Assembly: GCA_021513715.1 (NCBI GenBank)
Contig: CP084167.1
Coordinates: forward strand, 1,088,001-1,152,000
Reading direction: 5' to 3'
DNA from: Candidatus Heimdallarchaeum endolithica
GTDB lineage: Archaea; Asgardarchaeota; Heimdallarchaeia; Heimdallarchaeales; Heimdallarchaeaceae
Length of the DNA stretch: 64,000 bases
Both the position numbers and the translations under genes were made by a program. How positions within the stretch are numbered: position 1 is the stretch's first letter; each line of letters opens with the position of its first letter. The notes under the pieces are model-generated. The model saw only the letters and a list, made by a program, of their open reading frames with translations, did not search any database and had not been told where the DNA came from. This document shows positions 41,486-50,967 of the stretch, piece by piece.

Positions 41486-41755
41486 TTTCTGTTGGACATA
41501 AAAATGACAATTGATAGTGTTGAGTATCAAGGAAAGACAAGACCAAAACAACAACAATATGAACTTAAGCATCCAAAAGAATACAAGTTATATTGGGCAA
41601 CTTTTCCTGTAACAGACAGAAAACAAATTGAAGGCAAAGAGAAAATACAAATCTATGTTGATATAAAATTCTTCAGTAAGAAATTCAAGAGATATAAGAA
41701 ATATACAGATTTACCAGAAGAGGATTTAAAGAGGTTCATATATTCTATTCAATAA
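41483..41755 (+). CDS. Small hypothetical protein (true start may be the later ATG, MTIDSV)
   Basis: 90-aa ORF whose first ATG is the CATG at the element end. Confidence 0.5.
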   Translation: MFLLDIKMTIDSVEYQGKTRPKQQQYELKHPKEYKLYWATFPVTDRKQIEGKEKIQIYVDIKFFSKKFKRYKKYTDLPEEDLKRFIYSIQ

Positions 41756-42086
41756 ATTATATTTTAAAAAAGAAGGATTGCAATAGTAATATAAAACTCT
41801 TCGAGTTCTTGTAGCAAACTTTCCGTTTATTGAAAATACTTTCATAAAGAAATATTAAAAATGGGATTTTTTCGAATTAAATATAAACCCCTATTAAATA
41901 ACTATTTTTTTGGATGATTTAGGTACTGAACTGAACTTCAACAATATTACACTCAAACAAGTAATTATACTTACAGTAATTAAACAAGAAGAGAGGATTA
42001 GAGCTAAAAAAAAGTAAAGAATAATATTCAAAAATAGCTTTAAGCTTTAAATAGAGTAAGCTGTTTTATATCCATTTCTCCTTTTT

Positions 42087-42590
42087 CTATTCATGTTCAT
42101 GTTTGCAAAACAATCTATATCTTGTACCTCGGTTTTTCATTTTGTGATGTTCAACATATTCGAAACCAAGTTTCTTGAAAAACCCGTTCACTAATTCTTC
42201 TTTATATGTTTCCAATAATAAACCAATGCTTCCAATATCTTCTGAGATTTTTTTACATCTCTTCTTTGCATCTTTAATTAATATTGTTCCCCAACCTTTA
42301 TTTTGGAAAATTTTATTTACTCCAATTTGCCCAAGCAAACACACAGGTTGATCATATTCTCTTCCTTCATAGTTAAAACGAACAGATTTCATTGAAAGCG
42401 TATAGAAACCTATGAGGTCATTTGTATTCACAAGTATAAACACATAAATTTGAGCATTACCTAATTCAACTTCTTCATAGCTTCTCTGATTAAAATACTC
42501 ATTAACGTTTTCATCACCACAATCAAAGTCTAATAGAGTATGAGATATATTTAGTTTCTCAATTTTATACTCTACTTCATGACTAGTCAT
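42087..42590 (-). CDS. GNAT acetyltransferase (AtaT/TacT-like toxin)
   Basis: FDCGDENVNEYF, IGFYTLS, LLGQIGVNKIFQNKGWGTILI, FFKKLGF. Confidence 0.85.
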   Translation of the reverse strand: MTSHEVEYKIEKLNISHTLLDFDCGDENVNEYFNQRSYEEVELGNAQIYVFILVNTNDLIGFYTLSMKSVRFNYEGREYDQPVCLLGQIGVNKIFQNKGWGTILIKDAKKRCKKISEDIGSIGLLLETYKEELVNGFFKKLGFEYVEHHKMKNRGTRYRLFCKHEHE

Positions 42591-42597
42591 TGATGTA

Positions 42598-43209
42598 TCA
42601 CTTTGAGATTATTTCTAGAAATCTTTTTGCAGCTTCACCTTTCAAGACGATGTCACGTTCATGTTTCATATCACTTGAAACAAACCCTGAATTATCATCT
42701 ACTTTTTCTACAGAATCTAAGTTTACTTTTTTAGTATCAAGATCTGCTTTAATAACAGAACGAACTGTATATTTAGGATATTTTTCGTAAATTTCTTTTA
42801 ACATTGATTTTAAAGATTGAGACTTACTTTTTTTCTTAATATCATCAATTACTTGTTTTTCTTTCTTAGGGATTGTTTTCAAATATTTTTTAGCTTCAAC
42901 TAAACCTTTTTTTGACAACTCATAATGATAATCTCCACTTTTATACAATATATTAATATGATTACTTTTAATCAGTTCGTTAACACAAACAGCAAAACGA
43001 GTACTATAAGGCCCAAAGTGATAAGGATAGAATTGAGCTGCCTTAAATACTTCAGGAGCTAACTGCTTGGTAATCAAAAAGAATTCTTTAGTTATTCTAA
43101 CTTTTCCTTTGATTGAACTATTGTTATCTGCAGCTAACATTAAATAGATCCATTTTTTTATCATTTTATTTTCTTCTTCCGACATATTTTTTGTCGCTTT
43201 TTGATTCAT
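42598..43209 (-). CDS. Putative antitoxin: winged-helix/SocA-like domain plus a DUF1778-like C-terminal helix
   Basis: FYPYHFGPYS, YELSKKG, IYEKYP; tail IVLKGEAAKRFLEII. Confidence 0.55.
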   Translation of the reverse strand: MNQKATKNMSEEENKMIKKWIYLMLAADNNSSIKGKVRITKEFFLITKQLAPEVFKAAQFYPYHFGPYSTRFAVCVNELIKSNHINILYKSGDYHYELSKKGLVEAKKYLKTIPKKEKQVIDDIKKKSKSQSLKSMLKEIYEKYPKYTVRSVIKADLDTKKVNLDSVEKVDDNSGFVSSDMKHERDIVLKGEAAKRFLEIISK

Positions 43210-43237
43210 TTATATCACCTTTTCTTGGATAAATATC

Positions 43238-44473
43238 TCAGAAGTAACTATCTAAAGGCGGATTAATAAACCTTTCAAGCTCAGGATATCTTTTAGATAG
43301 TTTGCGTCTATGTCGTTTTACTAATATTTTTTGTCTAAAATACTCTGAGATATCATTATCCCTAATATTTTTTCTAATTGCCAACATTTCCTGGTTAAAA
43401 CCATTATATTCATGCACTTGTAGAAGTGAGTTTTTATCATGTGTTGAGAGATAAATCCTAAAGGTATCTATATCTTTTGTCTTTTTACAAATGGGACAAG
43501 TACAAGAAAGTTCATGACCAATCCATTTAGTCCGCTCATTTATAGAAATGTAACCTAAAGCTAATTGCTCAAACAAAAACCGTTGACTACGCTTTATCTC
43601 TCTGACCTTTTGTTCTTCTATTTCCCTAGCAGTTGGTTCTAAAGATATATTCTCTGGTGTTGGCAATAAACCATCCTTAATATTTTTCTTGCTGCTGCTA
43701 TACCCATGTTTTTTTTTCAAGGAAATAGTATCAACACTTGTCAAAGGTGCCAAATGCAGTTGGGACACATTCTTATATTTTTTGGATAAGTCAAACAGAT
43801 GAATCCAAATCGGATTATCTGATTGTGTAATCAGATTTGTTGATTTGTGCAAAGTAACTGGAAAATGTGGTCCGTGTGCTCTTAATCCAATGGATGGAAC
43901 TTGCTTATCTATTAACCACGAAATTTTCTTTTCCACATCCAATAAAGGCTGAGCAAGTGAAACAGTAGGCATAAATAGTTCCGATGTTCCAACTTCTTGT
44001 GAAACCTTAGCCTCATAGAGAGATGCGTCCATAGAATCAATCCAAAAGTTATTATATGAACAAGTAGGATCAGGTATTGTTATAATAGAAAATTTGTTCA
44101 TATCAGACTGCAACCTAACAATTTGACATAATTCATATTTGCTAATTTCATTTCCAGCCTTCAAACGAAATTGAACAAAATTCATCCGATCAGATTTAGT
44201 CAAGTTATCTAGCTTGTTACATAATTTTTCTATTTCATCGGAGTTTTCAAATATTTTTTGCGCAGTTAATCTATCAGGTATATGATCACTAATTAATTCA
44301 TTCAGTTTTGGGTTAGGCTCACGACTCCCAACAAGATTATACCCTGTAGTAAGTCGTCTAGTTTCAATATATGTCATTATATAATTTGGTGTTTCTATTT
44401 CTACATTGCCAAGCTTCAACTTTGATTGCCTTAAGGATGCAATTGTATTTTTAACTTCAAAATTAAATGACAT
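43238..44473 (-). CDS. tRNA-guanine-transglycosylase-fold protein lacking the DSGG catalytic motif
   Basis: N-terminal F.V.....R...L.....IETP, IHLF...VDT, and the Zn site CTCPIC...H. Confidence 0.65.
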   Translation of the reverse strand: MSFNFEVKNTIASLRQSKLKLGNVEIETPNYIMTYIETRRLTTGYNLVGSREPNPKLNELISDHIPDRLTAQKIFENSDEIEKLCNKLDNLTKSDRMNFVQFRLKAGNEISKYELCQIVRLQSDMNKFSIITIPDPTCSYNNFWIDSMDASLYEAKVSQEVGTSELFMPTVSLAQPLLDVEKKISWLIDKQVPSIGLRAHGPHFPVTLHKSTNLITQSDNPIWIHLFDLSKKYKNVSQLHLAPLTSVDTISLKKKHGYSSSKKNIKDGLLPTPENISLEPTAREIEEQKVREIKRSQRFLFEQLALGYISINERTKWIGHELSCTCPICKKTKDIDTFRIYLSTHDKNSLLQVHEYNGFNQEMLAIRKNIRDNDISEYFRQKILVKRHRRKLSKRYPELERFINPPLDSYF

Positions 44474-44697
44474 ATATTTCCCTTTTACTCACAATTTTTT
44501 TATGTTTATTTACTCCTCCTTATAGTTAAATAGAAGGATTTAATTATTCTTTTTTCTTTAATTATCATGTTTTAAAACCAATTAAGAGTTTTTAATATAA
44601 AATAGTTTCTCATTTTAAAGAGCAGATGCTCGATTTTTATTGTATTACGATAATAGTTGCCATTAAATATTTAATTATTAACCATCAGTGCTATTTA

Positions 44698-45666
44698 ATG
44701 AATGATAATAATGAAAAAATTGCATTACAAGAAATAGATATAAAAGATATCAAAAGGCAATTAATATGACAATTAAAATATGGATCACAGTATGAGATCC
44801 CACCAGAAAAGAGAGATTTAATATCAGCTTTAGGACTGTTAGATACTGCTGAAGAGGATTTAAGAGCTTCAAAAATTCTATACCACAAGAAACTATATGC
44901 ACAGTCTATTTTCTTCCTCCAACAATCTGTTGAGAAATTAGGAAAATCACTACTTCTACTTACTGGACTGTGTCAAACTGAACGGCTTATAAAAGTTGGA
45001 CATACTTTTACTAAATTCTTCTTCGAAAAACTAAAAGATCTCTATGAATCTTTAGCTGATTATTCTAATGATAACCAAAGAGAAGGATTTTTAAGCATTA
45101 TAGAAGCAATTGACAAATATTTGAGTGATTATGAGCAAAAAAGGAAATCAGAAGAAACTCTGTATCTTGAACACACTACATTAAAGGAAATATTAATTAA
45201 ATACAACAAGCTGTTTTCATTATTTTGGAAAGGAATAAAATCCATAAGAAAAGAAAATTTTGATAAAATTGTGAAAGAAGAGTTCATTAGCATAACAGAC
45301 TATGTCATTCAAACAATCGAACAAGAATATAATATCAAATTGCAAACTGATGAGCGAAGAATGTTGAGAGAAGAATTTATCACACAAATTCAGAAAGAAG
45401 ATTGGTTAGTAAAAATAGAAAGTTATCTTTATCTTATACTACTGTTTGCATATATAGTTATTTTAAGCATGAATTTGGAAAAACATGTTAGTGCTTCGCG
45501 TTATCCTAATTATCATTCAGATTATAAATATACAAAGAATCATAGTATTATGCGTCTTTACCCAATAATGTTAAAAACTATGAGAGAGATGATAAAAACG
45601 TATGATATACTTCTAGAACTATGTATTGTAGAAAACAATGAAAATAATAAATGTGAAAAAGCATAA
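44698..45666 (+). pseudogene. HEPN-domain protein with one in-frame TGA at 44767-44769
   Basis: AEEDLRASKILY...YAQSIFFLQQSVEKLGKS...VGH and a late SRYP; same frame as ATG 44698 and the called ORF at 45121. Confidence 0.75.
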
Positions 45667-46092
45667 AATTACTCTGTCTTGTAGTTTAAAGAGTTCCAAG
45701 AATAATAATCATTTTCTTGAGCATTTGCTCGAAAATAATTAATTAGTATCTCTCAAGAAGTTAATCACTAGGATTTCTCCATCAATCGACTTCTTTCAAT
45801 TATGTATTACCGAACTTTTTAGGAGATTTTTGTCGTCTTAATAATAGGAAATTATGTACTATTTACAAAAATAAGCAAATGAAGATAGTTTGTTTAAAGA
45901 AATGAGTTCATATAGATAACTATATTTGAGAGATAAGATGTAATGTCAAGAATATGGAAGATTATACTTATTGCATAATCAATGACAGAGGAGCTATTAT
46001 TACTTTAATCACAAACTTTTTTTAAACATTACAACTAGCTATTATCTACGTGGGATAAAAAAATTAGAAAGGAATACTAGAATTGTTTGATT

Positions 46093-48497
46093 TTAAATAA
46101 TTTTTAATTTGTTTTTTTTAGAATCCAGAGTAGATAATGTAAAGATTTCTAGTGCTAGAAGAAACATTAACACTCCTGTTGTCAAAGAAATTATCCTCAA
46201 AATTTGTTGTGGAATAGCAAAATAGAAAGAAAGCGTTTGACACCATAAAAGAGATAGGAATGATAGCGGAAAAAGGATGAAAATAAAGTTTGAGGGATTA
46301 TTGTTATTAGCAATCTTTTTCTTTTGCTTACTATAGAGTGTAAAGAAAGCAGATGTAAGTAAATAAGTTAAAATTGGAAGCAAGATCAAGTTTATTGACA
46401 CTTTTACGAAAGATATACTTAAAATGATAAGAGAAGAAAGAAGCAGGTTTGTAGCAATAGAATCATATCTAAAAGTTACTTCATTACTTGAAAACCCTAG
46501 TGAGTAAAAACCAGAACCTAATAAATAAAATAACGCAAAATAAATAACATTAATTAAAACATAGATAATTGTAGAGTAACTTGTTTTTATAATGTCACGG
46601 TAAACAATTTCTGTTTTAAAAAGTGGATAAAAGATAAAATTAATCATTATTGCAGATGAAATAGCAAAAATTCCAAACCATCTAAAAGCTTTCAAATGAA
46701 CACTTTTGTAATTATTATAAGTGCCTTTCCAAGATATCTCTGATAATATTTGATTTCTTTTCATTTTAAATTTAAGAATAAGACGTTCATTTTTATCTCC
46801 TTTATTTTCTATTCTCTTTTTTATTATTGTAGAAACTATTATTATTGATAAAAGGCAGAATAGAGAGAGATAAGTTAAACTTTCTGGAAACAAAATTGGG
46901 AAAATATCAATATTATCTGGTAAAAAATCTTCATCTGTATCTCTATTCAAAGGATCTGTGTTTTTTTTAAATTCTTCTAGGTTTGTTAACCCATCACCAT
47001 CAATATCTTCATTTTGGTCTCCGATATTATTATTATCTGAATCTTGAAGTAATGGATCTGTTTTTGTAGCAGATATTTCATAGCCATCTATAAGAAAATC
47101 TCCATCTGTATCCTTTTTTTCTGGGTCTGTCCCAATAATTTTTTCAGAGAAAGTAGAAATAGTATCTCCATCTTTATCTATTGTAAAACTGTTTCCAGAA
47201 TTGAAGAAATTACCACCATCTCCCTGCCAATAGATCCTGTAACTTGTTTTCAAGGAATTAGTAATTGTATAACAAAAAACGTTTCCACTTTTGGAACCAT
47301 ATATCATCTCAAAACTGCCATCATTATCCAAATCACCAACAGTGATAGAAGTTTCTATTTCTTCATTTTGATTATAAATAGAGATTAAATTTCCCTTTCT
47401 TCCTCCAACAATATACACATTTTTACCATTAAGTAGGACATCTAGTTCGTTATCCCCATCAACGTCTGCCAATGTTGGAGCAGTTCCCCCTAGTATTAGT
47501 TCTGTCTTGAGTGTCCAGAGGATTGTCCTAGTTCTTCCATTAAATGCATAGTAATAAGAATCAGAAGACCCTATAACTATATCCAGATAGCCATCATTGT
47601 TAAGATCTCCTAGAGCTGGAGATGCTCTTATTGATCCCCCAGTTTTAAATTTCCATTTTATTTTTCCTGTGTCACCATCAATCATATAGATGTTTCTATC
47701 ATTAGAACCTATATTATTTCCAGTGTGCTATCACCATCAACATCTCCAATTGCAGCAGGAGCAGTGACGAAGAAATTTGTTTCAAATTCCAAGATTTTGG
47801 AACCATTATAACCATTAAAAGCAAAGATTGATTGTCCACACCCAACTATAATATCGGAAATACCATCATGATTAATATCTCCTAAACTAGACGATGTAAA
47901 AAAACTCTTCATAAAAAACAGTTTATTTTCCCATAGAAGTGTACCATCCTTTCCATCTAATACATATAATAAACCATAAGTAGTTGTTACAATGATGTCA
48001 TTATCTTGATCATTATCGATATCAGTAATCGAAAGTCCCCCTTCAATAGATATAGATCCCCCTTCTTCATAATTGAATCTCCAAATCAGAGAACCATCTA
48101 CACTTGATAAAACGTAAATAGAACCATCTCGTGTCCCAATTATAACTTCAAACGTACCATTATTATCAATGTTAGCTATAAGAGGTCTCATTAAAATTTC
48201 AGAATTGTAGTAATATTTTCTTATATTAAAATCCCATAATACAGTACCTTTTTTACCCTCAATACAATAAAGAACTCCATCTATAGAACCCACTAAAACA
48301 TCAGTATAACCATTATTATTTACATCTAGTAGAGAGGATGTTGAATCTATTCCAGCGCCAGTATGATAAACCCAAAATGGGTTGTTTTCATCATTTTTTG
48401 AAGGTAAAGCAGGGATTAATATTAGTGATATAAAAAAGAAGTTAACCAGAATCAAAGTAGTTAATAGGATTTCCACAGAGTATTTTTGAAATCTCAT
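46093..48497 (-). pseudogene. FG-GAP/PQQ-like beta-propeller membrane protein with Ca-binding DxDxDG repeats, split by a 1-nt frameshift near 47712
   Basis: GDVDGD/GDLNNDG repeats continue across the two ORFs (LEII-[I]GSNDRNIYMIDG); DTDGD..DG.E repeats and C-terminal TMs. Confidence 0.8.
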
Positions 48498-48764
48498 CCA
48501 TATTTTGTAATTCTACAAATTATAAATATGTTATTGCTTAAAATAGTGCTTATTTAAATCTATTTTTCTTATCAACCCTCTTAGTTGTTGTTATTTTTTT
48601 CTCTCTCATCTCTTTTTGTAATCTTTCTTTCAAAAGAAACATATTTTGGGACTAATTAACAAATAATCCATCTATCAACCATTTTTGCTTAACACAAACA
48701 TAAATGAATAATGATATAATATTAATAAAAAAGTAAAAAATAGTTTTTATTTTATTTCATTTAA

Positions 48765-49508
48765 TTATAACTTAAGCATCTTTACAAACCATTTTGGCAT
48801 GATTAGTCCTAAATAACCTATTATTGATCCTATAACTAAAAGTGCCCATCCAATGTAGTATGCAGGAGAGTATCCCCTTGAAAATGCATCTACATAAGCT
48901 ACAAGAATAGAATCTAATGTAAATGAAACAAACAATAGAATCATAAATATTGCGTAGGTACCAATTAAGGCAAAACCTATTTTTGCTATTTTCTTTTTAT
49001 TCATTTTAGCTTCTCTTAAAGACACAATTGCTAGTATTAGGAATATTAATACTGAAAGTATTAAATGGTAAGTAACTATTAACACATGTGATCTCATGTT
49101 TCCCCATTCAAAATTTAATATAGGAACAATCAAACCTATTGTTATTCCACTTAATATAGCAAACAGTGCTACAAAATCTACTCCTTTTTGAATAAATATA
49201 GAGTCTATAAATGAAGCAATAAATACGTTTGCTATTGCCATTAAAACATATGCAAATAAGGTTGTAAAGTCAGTATATGAGAATTGAGTATAGGGGACTG
49301 AAGAGAAATAACCTAACCATCGGCCGATACAACTTGTTAAAGTTGCAAGGTTGTAAAAAAGATATGCTAAAGCCAGATATAATACAGGTTTTTTTCTTTT
49401 TGCAAAAAACCTTGCAAAAACTGTTACTACCATAAAACTTAGTGCTATAACAACCACTAGTTCAAAGATTATAGAGCTTATTGGGATTTTATTTTGCCAG
49501 ACAACCAT
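48765..49508 (-). CDS. Seven-transmembrane protein
   Basis: Seven hydrophobic helices; 16 bp downstream of the longin-like gene. Confidence 0.75.
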   Translation of the reverse strand: MVVWQNKIPISSIIFELVVVIALSFMVVTVFARFFAKRKKPVLYLALAYLFYNLATLTSCIGRWLGYFSSVPYTQFSYTDFTTLFAYVLMAIANVFIASFIDSIFIQKGVDFVALFAILSGITIGLIVPILNFEWGNMRSHVLIVTYHLILSVLIFLILAIVSLREAKMNKKKIAKIGFALIGTYAIFMILLFVSFTLDSILVAYVDAFSRGYSPAYYIGWALLVIGSIIGYLGLIMPKWFVKMLKL

Positions 49509-49524
49509 TTTTACTTTTCACCTT

Positions 49525-49995
49525 TTACCATAATGAATCCTTTATTCTTTTTGTTGCTTCTCTCTCGCTAATATAGTCTTCCCAGTTATTAACTATTTCC
49601 CTTATTTTTTTGGAAATTACTTCTTTTGTTTCACCACCAATTGCGCTAAAATCTTCAACTTCTTGATCAAAAGAAATTAGGGTCTGAATTTCATCTATTA
49701 GTTTATTCATTTCGTTTCTATCTATAGGTTCTTGGTTTTTTACTACAGCTATTGCAAATTTTTCTGTTACATTCATGAAAATTTCATTTTTTTCTGTATC
49801 AAAGAATGATGGAACACCTACATCAATTTCAGCCATGGCTACTTGAATTGCAGATATTATTCCAGAAAATAAAGTCACTGCATCCACATCATCTTCTTGT
49901 GATACAAAATCTACATAAAGTAATGGTAATCCTGTTCGGGAAATAATATAGACTGTTTCAATCACTTTTCTTCTTCCTTTATTTTTCTTTGCCAC
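49525..49995 (-). CDS. Longin-like domain protein
   Basis: VYIISRTGLPLLYVDF...LFSGIISAIQ pattern typical of Asgard longin/roadblock proteins. Confidence 0.7.
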   Translation of the reverse strand: MAKKNKGRRKVIETVYIISRTGLPLLYVDFVSQEDDVDAVTLFSGIISAIQVAMAEIDVGVPSFFDTEKNEIFMNVTEKFAIAVVKNQEPIDRNEMNKLIDEIQTLISFDQEVEDFSAIGGETKEVISKKIREIVNNWEDYISEREATKRIKDSLW

Positions 49996-50053
49996 TTTAA
50001 TAAAAATTCACACAAATAAAAAACTTTTCAATTTATCGTTATATTAATAAAGC

Positions 50054-50098
50054 GATTATTATTATTATTAGTAGTAGTAGTAATAGTAGTATTAGTAT
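50054..50098. repeat. (ATT)n(AGT)n microsatellite in intergenic DNA
   Basis: gattattattattattagtagtagtagtaatagtagtattagta. Confidence 0.6.
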
Positions 50099-50723
50099 CG
50101 TGTGTAGAACATTATTTTTTTGAAAGGTTTTTTGATTTTCTTTTTAGAGGTAGTACTTCCGCAATAAGTTGACCGATTTCTATAGGTTAAAATTATAGGA
50201 GTTCATACTATCATTGTCGTGTTCTCAATTCATACTTTTTGAGATAATTCGGAAGTACTATTAGAGGGGAGAAAAAAATAAAAACAACTTTAAATTTTTG
50301 AAACAGATGAACAATGAGAATTATCTAATCGAACAGTATAAGATGGAAGAAAAAGAGCACAAAAAAATAGCTGACTTACTTTCTGAATCTTTCTTATCAG
50401 ACCCTGCAGCTATTGATGAAGGAGCTTCTATTCTCTTTTCTGACAAAACGATAAAGTTAATTTTTGGTTCTCTAACTGTCAAGAAAAACTATTTTGTTAG
50501 AGCTGTTTACAAGAAAACAAATGAAATTGTAGGATTTTTGGGATTAATTCCTAGAGACTTCAGAATAAAGAAACAAACGTACAATTTCGCTATTCCTGCC
50601 TGGTTAGCTGTTCACCATCAACATAGAAGAAAGGGTTTAGCAAAAATGATGGGAGAAAAGATGTTAGAAATCGCACAAAAAGAATCTTTTGATGGAGGTT
50701 TTGCTTTATTTGAACCAGAGCAA

Positions 50724-50967
50724 CATGATTTACTTTTTGCGAAGTTTGTCGAACTTAGTCTTTCAAGAAAAAAACAAAGAAAGAGAATTGTCAGTTTCTT
50801 GAGAACTTAATCCTAACATACAATGAAAGAAGAAGGATTAAGGCAGACGTCATACACGAATCGTGGGAATCATAAAGAAGAAAAGAGTTGTAAGCTCTTT
50901 CTTCACTCCACGAGAGACAAAAAAGAAACAATTATCCCTAAAATAGAGAAATTATTTTTCTTTTTGT
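50724..50967 (-). ncRNA. Putative omega-RNA of the TnpB element
   Basis: 3' of tnpB up to the element end; stems UCGUGG/CCACGA, GAAGAAGAG/CUCUUUUUC, CUUAAUCCU/AGGAUUAAG and UCAAGAAA/UUUCUUGA; loop UAUGAUU is complementary to the terminal AAUCAUG. Confidence 0.65.

Noticed and set aside
44767-44769. Selenocysteine codon
   Set aside because: No redox motif context and no recognisable SECIS; HEPN proteins are not known selenoproteins.
50298-50810. Stand-alone 170-aa GNAT and separate 224-aa ORF at 52561
   Set aside because: They are two halves of one gene; the C-terminal DLLFAKF... and N-terminal MK come from element sequence.
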